Assembly: GCA_947306125.1 (NCBI GenBank)
Contig: CAMZFO010000003.1
Span: forward strand, 1 to 57,194
Reading direction: 5' to 3'
DNA: 57,194 bases
From: an uncultured Clostridia bacterium
GTDB lineage: Bacteria > Bacillota > Clostridia > Christensenellales > CAG-138
Numbering within the stretch: the first letter of the stretch is position 1; each line of letters opens with the position of its first letter. This document shows positions 20,320 to 29,688 of this stretch, piece by piece. The notes beneath the pieces were generated by a model. The model had not been told where the DNA came from. It did no database searches and saw only the letters and a program-made list of their open reading frames with translations. The position numbers and the translations under genes were made by a program.

Positions 20320-21138
20320 TCACATGCCCGCACGCTTGAGCGCGGGCGCCTCCGCGGGGTCCTGCGCGCCGCGGCCGTCCTCGATTATGAGCTTGTCCGC
20401 CACGAGCGCTATGAACTCGCCGTTCGTCGGCTTCTCGTTCTTGCCGTATATGTTGAAGCCGAATAGCTTGTTCACGTTCTCTATCTTGCCGCGCGTCCAG
20501 CTCACCTCTATCGCGTGCCTTATCGCGCGCTCCACCTTGGAGGGGGAAGTGTTGAAGCGCATTGCGATGCCGGGATAGAGCTCCTTTGTTATGTGGCTGA
20601 TGAGCTCGGGCTTGTAGAACACCATGCGTATCGCCTCGCGCAGATAATGATAACCCTTTATATGCGCGGGGATGCCCACGGAAAGGAATACGGCGGTGAT
20701 CTTTTCGTCGAGCGTCTTCGCGGTGGGGGAGAAGGCGGCGCTCTTTTCCGCGTCCGCCGCGCTCGTGCTGCAAAGGTCGAGCATGCGCTTGTAGAGGTAT
20801 TCGGGCTCGATGGGCTTGAGCATAACGTAGCTCGCGCCCTTTGCAAATGCGCGCTGCAAAAGCCCGTCGCTGCGCATATAGGAGACGATGATTATTACGT
20901 CGGGCTTCGCCGAGGGCTCCTCCGCAAGCGCCTCGAGCAGATCGAGCCCGTCGAGCTTGGGCATAACGAGCTCAGATATGAGCACGTCGAAGCGCTCCTC
21001 CCTCAGCTTGTCCAAGGCTTCCTGACCGTCCGCGGCCTCCACGAAACGGATCACGTCCTTATCCGTCCTGAACATCTCCGCAGCCGCTCTGCGGAAGGCG
21101 GCGTTCCCGTCCGCCAAAAGTACGCGATATTCGCTCAT
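20320..21138 (-). CDS. spo0A: Sporulation master regulator Spo0A
   Basis: Receiver domain with DVLISELVMPKLDG. Spo0A-specific C-terminal domain IPAHIKGYHYLREAI, SKVERAIRHAIEV and EKPTNGEFIALVADKL. Confidence 0.95.
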   Translation of the reverse strand: MSEYRVLLADGNAAFRRAAAEMFRTDKDVIRFVEAADGQEALDKLREERFDVLISELVMPKLDGLDLLEALAEEPSAKPDVIIIVSYMRSDGLLQRAFAKGASYVMLKPIEPEYLYKRMLDLCSTSAADAEKSAAFSPTAKTLDEKITAVFLSVGIPAHIKGYHYLREAIRMVFYKPELISHITKELYPGIAMRFNTSPSKVERAIRHAIEVSWTRGKIENVNKLFGFNIYGKNEKPTNGEFIALVADKLIIEDGRGAQDPAEAPALKRAGM

Positions 21139-21258
21139 ATGATCTTTCCTCCGGTAAAATAATAAATATCGTCGACGGCATTAAACATTAAAGGCGCCGC
21201 CCTACGCTGAAATTGTAATGCCGCATTTTTTGCAAGTCCATAGGAGTGTTTGTTCCGA

Positions 21259-21275
21259 TTCGTCGTCTTTCGTCG
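21259..21275 (-). promoter_or_regulatory. Two direct 0A-box-like heptamers upstream of spo0A
   Basis: On the minus strand, CGACGAA-AGA-CGACGAA. Each matches TGNCGAA at 6/7 positions with 10-bp spacing, about 120 nt upstream of the spo0A ATG. Confidence 0.35.
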
Positions 21276-21431
21276 GAAAAAATACGATTTTTGCGGTTTT
21301 TATGAAGCTTTCGCAGTTTTTCTCCGGTTTTGTCCTGCGCGAAGCCGGGAAAAGTGCTGCGGCGGCGGGGCGCGGTTTTGCCCCGGAGGACGGCGGCTTT
21401 ATCTTTTTTGAGGGTTTTTTCAAAAAAAGCC

Positions 21432-21460
21432 TTGCAAAACGGGGCAAACCGTGTTATATT
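21432..21460 (+). promoter_or_regulatory. Sigma-A-type promoter of the rimP-nusA-infB operon
   Basis: TTGCAA, 17 nt spacer, TATATT. Confidence 0.5.
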
Positions 21461-21546
21461 ATTATGTGTGCTGCAGAGGCTCGGTATTGTCTTCGGGTAA
21501 TGAGCCTCGTGTGTTTGGTGAAAACGAGCTTTCAGCTTGTTTTGTA

Positions 21547-21575
21547 AGAGTGGGCGAAACCCGCTCTTTAATTTT
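21547..21575 (+). terminator. Leader hairpin with a weak U-tract just upstream of rimP; candidate attenuator
   Basis: AGAGTGGG-CGAAA-CCCGCTCT stem-loop followed by TTAATTTT. It sits between the promoter and the rimP RBS. Confidence 0.35.
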
Positions 21576-21595
21576 GAGAAGGGAAGTAAACTGCA

Positions 21596-22063
21596 TTGAA
21601 GCTGCTTGAAAGGGTCGCCGGGATAATCGGGCCGAAGATATCGGAGCTGGGTTATGAGCTTTACGATATCGAGTTTCGCAAGGAATACGGTAATTGGGAG
21701 CTCCTCGTCACCGTTGACCGCGAGGGAGGCATAACGCTCGACGACTGCGAGCGCGTCAGCCAGGCGATCGAGCCCGAGCTCGACAAAGCCGATCCCATAG
21801 AGCAGGCCTATTACCTCACCGTCAGCTCGGTCGGGCTCGACAGGCCGTTCAGGCTCGAAAAGGATTTTGACAGGAACATCGGCAATAAGATCGACGTCAA
21901 GCTCTATTCCGCCCCTTCCGAGAAGGCTCTCGGAGGCAAAAAGAATTTCGTTGCCAGGCTCGTTTCGCATGACGGCGAAAGCTTCACTTTCGAGACCGAA
22001 AAGGGCAGCTTTACCCTCCCCAAGAAGGCCGCGGCGCTTATAAGGCCGCATATCGACTTTTAA
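21596..22063 (+). CDS. rimP: Ribosome maturation factor RimP
   Basis: LLERVAGIIGPKISELGYELYDIEF N-terminus. TTG start with a GAAGGGAAG RBS. Located upstream of nusA. Confidence 0.85.
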   Translation: MKLLERVAGIIGPKISELGYELYDIEFRKEYGNWELLVTVDREGGITLDDCERVSQAIEPELDKADPIEQAYYLTVSSVGLDRPFRLEKDFDRNIGNKIDVKLYSAPSEKALGGKKNFVARLVSHDGESFTFETEKGSFTLPKKAAALIRPHIDF

Positions 22064-22088
22064 ATAATTGATCGAAGGAGATAAAAAC

Positions 22089-23225
22089 ATGAACTCGAAC
22101 GAGCTTATACTTGCAATGAAGCAGATAGAGAAGGAGCGCAATATCAAGAGCGAGGTCCTGATCGACGCGATCGAAGCCGCCCTCGTTTCCGCATATAAGC
22201 GCAATTATAACGTCAATACCAACGTCCGCGCCACGATGGATCCGGAGACCGGCGCAATCGGCATATTCGCCTCCAAATCCGTAGTCGACAAGGTCGAGAA
22301 CCCCAATTCCGAGATCTCCGTCGCCGAGGCGAAGAAGATCAATCCTCTTTACGACGTCGGCGACGTGCTCGAGGTCGAGGCGTTCACAAAGGATTTCGGC
22401 CGCATAGCCGCGCAGACCGCCAAGCAGGTGGTCATCCAGCGCATCAGGGAAGCGGAGCAGGGCGCCATTTTCGACGAGTTTGCCGAGAAGGAAGGCGAGA
22501 TACTGACCGCCATCGTGCAGCGCGTTGAAAAGAACGGCGTTTACGTCGAGTTCGGCAAGACCGACGGCATAATCCCCTTCAACGAGGTCATCCAGGGCGA
22601 GACCTACGCTCCCGGCGACAGGATCAAGGCTTACGTCCTCAAGGCGCAGCGCAATAACAAGGCGCCCCAGGTGCTCATCTCGAGGACCCATCCGGGCCTT
22701 GTAAAGCGCCTTTTCGAGCTCGAGGTGCCCGAGATACAGAGCGGCGTCGTGCAGATCAAGTCCATCGCCCGCGAGGCGGGCCAGAGGACGAAGGTCGCCG
22801 TCGTCTCGTTCGATCCCAACGTGGACGCGGTAGGCGCCTGCGTGGGCCCCAAGGGCATCAGGGTGGAGCGCATAGTGCAGGAGATACATAACGAGAAGAT
22901 AGACATCATCGAGTGGGATCCCGATATCGCCGTCTATATCGCCAAGGCGCTGAGCCCCGCCCGTGTCATAATGGTCTATATAAACGAGGACGAGAAGGCC
23001 GCGAAGGTCGTCGTTCCCGACGCGCAGCTCTCCCTTGCGATAGGCAAGGAGGGCCAGAACGCCAGGCTCGCCGCGAAGCTGACCGGCTGGAAGATAGATA
23101 TCAAGTCCAAGTCCGCCGCGGACGAGGAAATGGGCGAAGCGGCCGAAGACGAATTCGACGCGGAGCTTGAAGAGGATCCGGGCGATGAGTTCGCCGTGGA
23201 AGAGGCCGCCGAGACCGAGGAATAA
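22089..23225 (+). CDS. nusA: Transcription termination/antitermination factor NusA
   Basis: S1 and KH domains (GACVGPKGIRV and AIGKEGQNARLAAKLTGWKIDI) and an acidic tail. RBS GAAGGAG precedes ATG 22089. Confidence 0.95.
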   Translation: MNSNELILAMKQIEKERNIKSEVLIDAIEAALVSAYKRNYNVNTNVRATMDPETGAIGIFASKSVVDKVENPNSEISVAEAKKINPLYDVGDVLEVEAFTKDFGRIAAQTAKQVVIQRIREAEQGAIFDEFAEKEGEILTAIVQRVEKNGVYVEFGKTDGIIPFNEVIQGETYAPGDRIKAYVLKAQRNNKAPQVLISRTHPGLVKRLFELEVPEIQSGVVQIKSIAREAGQRTKVAVVSFDPNVDAVGACVGPKGIRVERIVQEIHNEKIDIIEWDPDIAVYIAKALSPARVIMVYINEDEKAAKVVVPDAQLSLAIGKEGQNARLAAKLTGWKIDIKSKSAADEEMGEAAEDEFDAELEEDPGDEFAVEEAAETEE

Positions 23226-23243
23226 GCTTTTTAGAGGTTTGAT

Positions 23244-23516
23244 TTGGCAAAGAAGATACCGATGAGGATGTGCGTCGGATGCCGCACCATGAAGGAAAAG
23301 AGGAGCCTTGTCAGGGTGGTCAGGACCGAGGAGGGCTCGGCCGAGCTCGATCTGACCGGCAAGAGGAACGGCAGGGGAGCTTACGTCTGCCCCTGCGCCG
23401 AGTGCCTTAAAAAGGCGGTCAGGAGCCGCGCTCTCGACCGTGCGCTCGAGACCTCGATATCGCCCGAAGTCATGGAAAGGCTCGCCGCCGAGATCGAAAG
23501 ACGGGAGGGCGCCTGA
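23244..23516 (+). CDS. ylxR: YlxR/RnpM family RNA-binding protein (DUF448)
   Basis: MRMCVGCR...RNGRGAYVCP motif. The start is either TTG 23244 or ATG 23262. Confidence 0.8.
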   Translation: MAKKIPMRMCVGCRTMKEKRSLVRVVRTEEGSAELDLTGKRNGRGAYVCPCAECLKKAVRSRALDRALETSISPEVMERLAAEIERREGA

Positions 23517-23517
23517 G

Positions 23518-23856
23518 ATGAGCGGACCGGCTGATCAAACGGTTTTGACCGCGCTGGGCTTCGCCATGAAGGCGGGGAAGGTGCGCTCCGGGAATCTCGC
23601 CGCGGAAAAGGCGCTGAAGAGCGGCAAGGCGCGCATGGTGCTGATCGATTCAAGCGCCGCGCCAAACACCGTGGAACGCTGGAAGGGGCTCTGCGAAAGG
23701 AATCGGGTCCCCCTGGCGGTCGCCGAAAATGTCGGCAGGGCGATAGGGCATGAAGCCCATATCGTGGCCTGCGTTACAGATAGCGGCTTCGCCGATATGA
23801 TAATGCGAAGCCAAGCAAATCCTGATTTGGGAGGGAATTCAAATGGCAAGAACTGA
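23518..23856 (+). CDS. ylxQ: L7Ae/YlxQ family ribosome-associated protein
   Basis: [42 protein letters not shown] lies 2 nt after the ylxR stop. The 3' end overlaps infB by 14 nt. Confidence 0.8.
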   Translation: MSGPADQTVLTALGFAMKAGKVRSGNLAAEKALKSGKARMVLIDSSAAPNTVERWKGLCERNRVPLAVAENVGRAIGHEAHIVACVTDSGFADMIMRSQANPDLGGNSNGKN

Positions 23857-26431
23857 ACTTATGGAATCCGCAAAGAAGATCGACTCGAGGGCGGCGGAGC
23901 TTTTGGAGCGCATTAAGCAGCTCCACGGCGACGTCAGCGCCTCGCTTCAGGTCGCCAAGCGGCAGGAAAGCAAGCTGATAGAGAAGGAGAAGGCCGAAAA
24001 GAAGGCCAGAGAGGAGCGCGAAAGGGAAGAGCGCCGCATGGAATACCTCGCTTCGGACGAGCAGCGCGGCGTTTACTCCAGCGGTCCGGATGAGGAAGAG
24101 CCCGCCGAAAAGAAGGAGGAGGCACCTGCAGCTCCCGCCGAGCCCGAGAAGGAGCCCGTCAAGGAGCCCGAGGCCGCTCCCGTAAAGGAGCCCGAGAAGG
24201 AGCCCGCCAAGCAGGAGGAGCCGGCGAAGGAGAAGCCCGCCGAGCCCAAAAAGCCCGCCGAGCCGCGCTATGAGAAGCGCCCCATCGGAGATAACCGCTC
24301 CGACAGGCCTCAGGACAGGACCCGTCCCCGCGGCGACAAGCCCCAGGGCGACCGTCCTCCCAGGCAGGGCGATAAGCCCTACGGCGACAAGCCCTACGGC
24401 GATAAGCCCAAGCAGGGCGACAGGAAGCCCGGCCAGCAGGGCGGCAAGCGTACCCAGGGTCAGCCCACGGTAATGCCCCAGCCCGCCAACAGGCACGAGA
24501 ACAAGGGCCAGTACGTAAGGACCTTCGACAACGACAAGAAACAGCCCAAGAACAAGAAGACCATTATGAAGGAGACCGCTCCCTCCGCCAACGCATGGGA
24601 TGACGAGGGCGCATACGGCAACCGCAGGAAGATGAAGAAGCAGCAGACGCAGCATAAGCCCGAGCCCGTCAAGATCGAGAAGGCCGTACTGACCTCCGAG
24701 AACATCACGGTCCGCGAGCTCTCCGAAAAGATCGGCAAGCCTGCCGCCGAGATCATCAAGAAGCTCTTCATGATGGGCACTATAGCCACCATAAACAACG
24801 AGATCGACTTCGAGACCTGCGAGCTCATCGCCGCCGATTACGATATCGAGCTCGAGCTCCAGCTCCCCAAGACCGCCGAGGAAGCGCTCGCCGAGGCCGC
24901 GGGCGAGGACGACAGCGAGGAGAACCTCGTCGAGCGTCCTCCCGTAGTCACCATAATGGGTCACGTCGACCACGGCAAGACCTCTCTGCTCGACGCCATA
25001 AGGCACAGCTCCGTCACCGCGGGCGAGGCCGGCGGCATCACGCAGCATATCGGCGCTTACACCGTCACCTGCAACGGCAGGAAGATCACCTTCATAGACA
25101 CCCCGGGTCACGAGGCGTTCACCGCAATGCGTGCCCGCGGCGCGCAGGTCACGGACGTCGTCATACTCGTAGTTGCGGGAGACGACGGCATAATGCCCCA
25201 GACCGTGGAGGCGATCAACCATTCCAAGGCGGCGGGAGTTCCCATCATCGTCGCCATAAACAAGATGGATAAGCCCGAGGCCAATCCCGACCGGGTCCTC
25301 CAGCAGCTCACCGAGCACGGTCTGCTCTGCGAGGCGTGGGGCGGCGACACGATCACCGTGCCCGTCTCCGCAAAGACCAAGATGAACCTCAACACGCTGC
25401 TCGAAATGGTACTGCTCCAGGCCGACATACTCGAGCTCAGGGCGAATCCCGACCGCAAGGCGAAGGGCACCATCATCGAGGCGCAGCTTGACAAGGGCCG
25501 CGGCCCCGTGGCGACTGTGCTCGTGCAGAACGGCACGCTCCGCATCGGCGATCCCATCGTAGCCGGCGTCGCGTTCGGCAAGGTCCGCGCGATGATGGAC
25601 GATAAGGGCAAGCGCGTCAAGGAAGCCGGCCCCAGCACGGCCGTAGAGGTGCTGGGCTTCAACGAAGTCCCCTCCGCGGGCGACGAGATGATTGTCGCCG
25701 ATATGGATAAGCTCTCCAAGCTCGTTGCAGAGGAGCGCCGCAATAAGATCCGCGCGGAGCAGATGAAGAAGCTCTCCAAGGTATCGCTCGAGGATCTGTA
25801 TTCCCATATCGCAGAGGGCGAGGTAAAGGACCTCAATATCGTCATAAAGGCGGACGTCGACGGCTCGGTCGAGGCGGTCAAGCAGGCGCTCGAGAAGCTC
25901 TCGAACGAGGAAGTCCGCGTCAAGTGCATTCACGGCGGCGTCGGCGCCATCACCGCTTCGGACGTCATGTTCGCCTCCGCTTCCAACGCGATCGTCATCG
26001 GCTTCAACGTCCGTCCCGACTCCGGCGCGAAGGCGCTCTCCGAGCAGGAGAAGGTCGACATCCGCACCTACAGGGTCATCTATCAGGCGATAGAGGACGT
26101 CGAGAACGCCATGAAGGGTATGTTCAAGCCCGTATATCAGGAGGTCACTCTCGGCACAATAAGCGTCAGGAACACCTTCAAGGTCCCCGGCGTCGGCATT
26201 ATTGCGGGCGCGTACGTCTCCGAAGGCAAGGTCCAGCGCAACGCGCAGGTACGCGTCGTGCGCGACGGCATAGTCATCCACGAGGGCAAGATCGCCTCGC
26301 TGCGCCGCTTCAAGGACGACGTCAAGGAGGTCGCGCAGGGCTACGAGTGCGGTATCGGCATAGAGAACTTCAACGACATCCATGAGGGCGACGTCATCGA
26401 AGCCTTCGTAATGGAGGAGGTAAAGCGCTGA
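23843..26431 (+). CDS. infB: Translation initiation factor IF-2
   Basis: Low-complexity K/E/P-rich N-terminus. G domain [24 protein letters not shown] and NKMD. Confidence 0.95.
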   Translation: MARTELMESAKKIDSRAAELLERIKQLHGDVSASLQVAKRQESKLIEKEKAEKKAREEREREERRMEYLASDEQRGVYSSGPDEEEPAEKKEEAPAAPAEPEKEPVKEPEAAPVKEPEKEPAKQEEPAKEKPAEPKKPAEPRYEKRPIGDNRSDRPQDRTRPRGDKPQGDRPPRQGDKPYGDKPYGDKPKQGDRKPGQQGGKRTQGQPTVMPQPANRHENKGQYVRTFDNDKKQPKNKKTIMKETAPSANAWDDEGAYGNRRKMKKQQTQHKPEPVKIEKAVLTSENITVRELSEKIGKPAAEIIKKLFMMGTIATINNEIDFETCELIAADYDIELELQLPKTAEEALAEAAGEDDSEENLVERPPVVTIMGHVDHGKTSLLDAIRHSSVTAGEAGGITQHIGAYTVTCNGRKITFIDTPGHEAFTAMRARGAQVTDVVILVVAGDDGIMPQTVEAINHSKAAGVPIIVAINKMDKPEANPDRVLQQLTEHGLLCEAWGGDTITVPVSAKTKMNLNTLLEMVLLQADILELRANPDRKAKGTIIEAQLDKGRGPVATVLVQNGTLRIGDPIVAGVAFGKVRAMMDDKGKRVKEAGPSTAVEVLGFNEVPSAGDEMIVADMDKLSKLVAEERRNKIRAEQMKKLSKVSLEDLYSHIAEGEVKDLNIVIKADVDGSVEAVKQALEKLSNEEVRVKCIHGGVGAITASDVMFASASNAIVIGFNVRPDSGAKALSEQEKVDIRTYRVIYQAIEDVENAMKGMFKPVYQEVTLGTISVRNTFKVPGVGIIAGAYVSEGKVQRNAQVRVVRDGIVIHEGKIASLRRFKDDVKEVAQGYECGIGIENFNDIHEGDVIEAFVMEEVKR

Positions 26432-26476
26432 TCGGGCCGACCGGTCAGGGCTTCCGCCGGATAAAAAGAGGTATAA

Positions 26477-26839
26477 ATGGCATTTACGAGATTTGACAGG
26501 ATAAACGAGGAGATCAGGAGGGTATTAAGCGAGGTCATCCGCGACATGAAGGATCCCCGCATCTCCCCTCTGACCACCGTCATGCGCGCCGAGGCGACCA
26601 ACGACCTCAAGCAGTGCAGGGTGCTGATCTCCGTTTACGATAAGGACGATGAGGTGAGGCGGGAGACCGTCGACCAGCTCAACAGGGCGGAGGGCTTCAT
26701 CGCCAGGGAGATGGGCCGCAGGATAGATCTGCGCCATATCCCGACCTTTGAATTCCGCCTTGACGATTCGATCGAGTATTCGGTGCATATCGCCGAGATA
26801 ATCGATAGGCTCGGCAGGGAAAGGAACGGCAATAACTGA
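26477..26839 (+). CDS. rbfA: Ribosome-binding factor A
   Basis: RINEEIRRVLSEVIRDMKDPRI...VTVMRAEATNDLKQCRVLISV. Confidence 0.95.
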   Translation: MAFTRFDRINEEIRRVLSEVIRDMKDPRISPLTTVMRAEATNDLKQCRVLISVYDKDDEVRRETVDQLNRAEGFIAREMGRRIDLRHIPTFEFRLDDSIEYSVHIAEIIDRLGRERNGNN

Positions 26840-26876
26840 CGGTGATTCTTCAGCCGGGAAAGGTGAAGGAAACGAA

Positions 26877-27848
26877 ATGAAAGACCGCAAAGCTTTTGAG
26901 CCTATTATCGCGGGGCTTAACGAGTATGATGCTTTCAGCATACTCACCCACGTTTCTCCCGACGGAGACACGCTGGGTTCCGCCCTTGCGCTTTACGCTC
27001 TTATAAGGGATATGGGCAAGACGGCCGAGGTGATATGCGAGGAACCGGTCCCCCATATCTACGGCTATCTTCCCAATGCCGAAAAGGTCGTGCTGCCGCA
27101 GGATGCGGTGGGCTATGAATGCGTGATCACCGCGGACTGCGCCGATATGTCCCGCTTCAAGAAGGCGGAGCATATCTTCGAGGGCGCGAAGTACACAATG
27201 GTCATAGACCATCATTTTACCAATAAGGGCTACGGCATGGCCAATCTTATCATGGCGGACGCCTCCGCCGCGTGCGAGGCGGTCTATTACCTGTATAAGC
27301 ATATGGACAAGCCGATCACTCCGGAGGCTGCGGTGTGCCTTTACACCGGCATCGTCACCGATACCGGCAATCTCACCTATTCGAACACCACCCCCGCCTG
27401 CATCAGGATGGTGGCGGAAATGTATGAGAACGGCCTGAATATCACCGAGATCAACCGGAATATCTACAGGACGGTCCCCTTCTCCAAGACGAGGCTCCAG
27501 GGGCACGTGCTCGCCAATATGAAGCTCGAAAGGGAGGGCACTATAGGCATCGCGACCCTCACCGTGGCGGAGATGGATTCCTTCGGCGCGACCAACGAGG
27601 ACTGCGAGGGCATAGTCGACAGCGTGCGCGACGTCGAGTGCGTTAAGGTCGCCATATTCATAAGGGAGGGCCGCGACGGCACCTTCAAGGTCAGCCTCCG
27701 CTCGAAGGACTGCGCCGACGTGGGCAGGATCTCCAAAAAGTACGGCGGCGGCGGTCATGCGGCCGCGGCGGGATATACCTCCGCCGAGCCTCTTTCCACC
27801 ACCATCGCGAACGCTCTTCGGGATGCTTCCGAAGTATTGAGCGAATGA
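26877..27848 (+). CDS. nrnA: DHH/DHHA1 phosphoesterase (NrnA-like oligoribonuclease/pAp phosphatase)
   Basis: HVSPDGDTLGS, VIDHHFTN, TDTGN and GGGHAAAAG motifs. Confidence 0.8.
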   Translation: MKDRKAFEPIIAGLNEYDAFSILTHVSPDGDTLGSALALYALIRDMGKTAEVICEEPVPHIYGYLPNAEKVVLPQDAVGYECVITADCADMSRFKKAEHIFEGAKYTMVIDHHFTNKGYGMANLIMADASAACEAVYYLYKHMDKPITPEAAVCLYTGIVTDTGNLTYSNTTPACIRMVAEMYENGLNITEINRNIYRTVPFSKTRLQGHVLANMKLEREGTIGIATLTVAEMDSFGATNEDCEGIVDSVRDVECVKVAIFIREGRDGTFKVSLRSKDCADVGRISKKYGGGGHAAAAGYTSAEPLSTTIANALRDASEVLSE

Positions 27849-29143
27849 TAAACGCAGAAGGTGTAATTTGCATTTTGAAGCCTCCGGGGATGAGCTCCTC
27901 GGACGCTGTGACAGACGTCAGACGGGTCTTTGAAGAAAAGCGAGTCGGGCATACAGGCACTTTGGACCCCGCGGCTGCGGGAGTCCTGCCCATCTGCATA
28001 GGCCGCGCGACCCGTCTTTTTGATTATCTCGTGGATAAGCGGAAGGAGTACATTGCCGAGCTCGTTTTCGGCTGCGCTACCGATACCGAGGACGCGACGG
28101 GTACCGTCACGGCCGTTTCGGACAGGACGGTGGAGCCCGAGGAGCTTTCGGCGGCGCTCCCGCGCTTCATAGGCGATATCGAGCAGGTCCCGCCGCTGTA
28201 TTCCGCTTTGAACGTGAACGGAGTAAAGCTTTATAAGCTCGCCCGCTCCGGCGAGCTCAACGAGGCGCTTGAGGAAAAGCGCCGCACCATCACGGTATAC
28301 GGGCTCGAGCTCATAGAAAGGACGGGGGAGAACAGGTTCCTCATAAGGATCGAATGCTCGAAGGGGACCTATATAAGGACGCTCTGCAAGGATATCGGGG
28401 AGGCGATAGGCTGCCCGGCGCACATGGCGTTCCTGCTCCGCACGAGGTCGGGCGCGTTCACGCTCGAAAACTCGTATTCCATAGCCGAGCTTGCCGAAAT
28501 GAAGGAAAGGGGCGAGCTTTTATCCGCCCTCATACCGATGGACAGGGCGATAGAGCATATCCCGAAGCTCGAGCTTAACGGCCTTTCCCGGAAAAACGCA
28601 CAGCTTCTGATACACGGCGCGGGGATAAAATGCGCGGACGGCAGGCAGGGGAGGCCCCTGAGGGTGTATCTCGACGGCGAATTCATGGGGCTGGGCGAGA
28701 TAAAAGAAGGCGAGCTGAGGATCACAGTATGGCTCGGCGGCGACGCGCACCAGATAAAGGGCATGAAGATATCCGGCAGGATAGCGCACCATAACCGCAT
28801 CGGCACGGAGCTCGGCTTCCCGACTGCCAATCTTGAAGGGTACGACAAAAAGCAGCTCCCCTCCGAGGGCGTTTACGCCACCGCCGCGGAGCTCGAAGGC
28901 AAAAGATACGCCGCCGTCACCTCGATTGGCAGGAACCCCACCGTGGGCGGCAGGGAGCTCACTGTCGAGACCCACATACTGGATTACGAGGGCGACTGCT
29001 ACGGCAAGCCCATGACGGTCGTGTTCATAAAGCGGCTGAGGGGGATGATAAAGTTCGGCTCGACCGAGGAGCTCAAAAGCCGCATCGCGCGCGACTGCGA
29101 GGAGGCACGCCGCATAGCCGCCGATTCAAAATATACCGAATAA
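27845..29143 (+). CDS. truB: tRNA pseudouridine(55) synthase TruB fused in frame to a riboflavin kinase (flavokinase) domain
   Basis: Residues 1-300 are TruB (GHTGTLDP catalytic Asp, KGTYIRTL, PUA-like end). Residues about 305-432 are ISGRIAHHNRIGTELGFPTANL...GVYA...GRNPTV...ETHILDYEGDCYG...FIKRLRGMIKFGSTEEL, which is the RibF C-terminal kinase domain. No FMN adenylyltransferase domain is present. Confidence 0.85.
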   Translation: MINAEGVICILKPPGMSSSDAVTDVRRVFEEKRVGHTGTLDPAAAGVLPICIGRATRLFDYLVDKRKEYIAELVFGCATDTEDATGTVTAVSDRTVEPEELSAALPRFIGDIEQVPPLYSALNVNGVKLYKLARSGELNEALEEKRRTITVYGLELIERTGENRFLIRIECSKGTYIRTLCKDIGEAIGCPAHMAFLLRTRSGAFTLENSYSIAELAEMKERGELLSALIPMDRAIEHIPKLELNGLSRKNAQLLIHGAGIKCADGRQGRPLRVYLDGEFMGLGEIKEGELRITVWLGGDAHQIKGMKISGRIAHHNRIGTELGFPTANLEGYDKKQLPSEGVYATAAELEGKRYAAVTSIGRNPTVGGRELTVETHILDYEGDCYGKPMTVVFIKRLRGMIKFGSTEELKSRIARDCEEARRIAADSKYTE

Positions 29144-29158
29144 TATTGAAAAAAACCT

Positions 29159-29188
29159 TTACAAACGCGATCGCGCTGTGTTATAATA
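29159..29188 (+). promoter_or_regulatory. Sigma-A-type promoter for rpsO
   Basis: TTTACA, 18 nt spacer, TGt-TATAAT. Confidence 0.45.
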
Positions 29189-29305
29189 CCTTGCCTATGT
29201 GTGGATAGGCGTTCAGCCCGCAAGGGCAAACTGTTTGCTTCGTTCGGCGAGTACTCCGGCGTCTTACGCAGCGTACAGGGATACTAATTTATTTGGAGGC
29301 AAAAT
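29189..29305 (+). promoter_or_regulatory. Structured rpsO 5' leader; candidate S15 autoregulatory element
   Basis: About 110-nt leader with hairpins GCCTAT-GTGTGG-ATAGGC and GCCC-GCAA-GGGC ahead of RBS GGAGG. Confidence 0.3.
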
Positions 29306-29569
29306 ATGGAAAAAGATCGCAAGAACGAGATCATCACCACTTATGCTCTGCATGAGGGTGACACCGGTTCCCCCGAGGTCCAGATCGCTCTTCTGACCGA
29401 GCGCATCAACCACCTCACCGCACACCTGCAGGAGCACAAGAAGGACAATCACTCCCGTCGCGGCCTGCTCAAGATGGTCGGTAAGAGGCGCGGCCTGCTC
29501 AACTACCTCAAGTCCACGGACATTGAGCGTTACAGGGCCATCATCGCAGCTCTTAACATCAGGAAGTAA
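29306..29569 (+). CDS. rpsO: 30S ribosomal protein S15
   Basis: [38 protein letters not shown]. Confidence 0.95.
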   Translation: MEKDRKNEIITTYALHEGDTGSPEVQIALLTERINHLTAHLQEHKKDNHSRRGLLKMVGKRRGLLNYLKSTDIERYRAIIAALNIRK

Positions 29570-29585
29570 ACATTTAAGATCAATG

Positions 29586-29616
29586 GAAAGTGGGCGGGAG
29601 TACCCACTTTCTTTTG
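29586..29616 (+). terminator. rpsO terminator / pnp leader hairpin
   Basis: GAAAGTGGG ... CCCACTTTC stem followed by TTTTG. Confidence 0.65.
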
Positions 29617-29688
29617 AAAAAGAGCGAAAAGAATACTCCAGTTAAGGATAGATAACAATAAAAGTACATATAAAGGAGCATTAGGAAA

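Noticed and set aside
23774-26383. An 869-aa ORF antisense to infB. Similar long antisense or alternate-frame ORFs occur at 29857-31917 (opposite pnp), 50730-52622 (opposite groEL), 38075-39709, 12128-13450, 4835-6109, 16164-17291 and 42094-42984.
   Set aside because: These are typical of high-GC genomes with strong third-position GC bias, where stop codons are rare on the antisense strand. Their translations are low-complexity (G/A/D/L/R-rich), they lack an RBS, and each lies opposite an unambiguous conserved gene.
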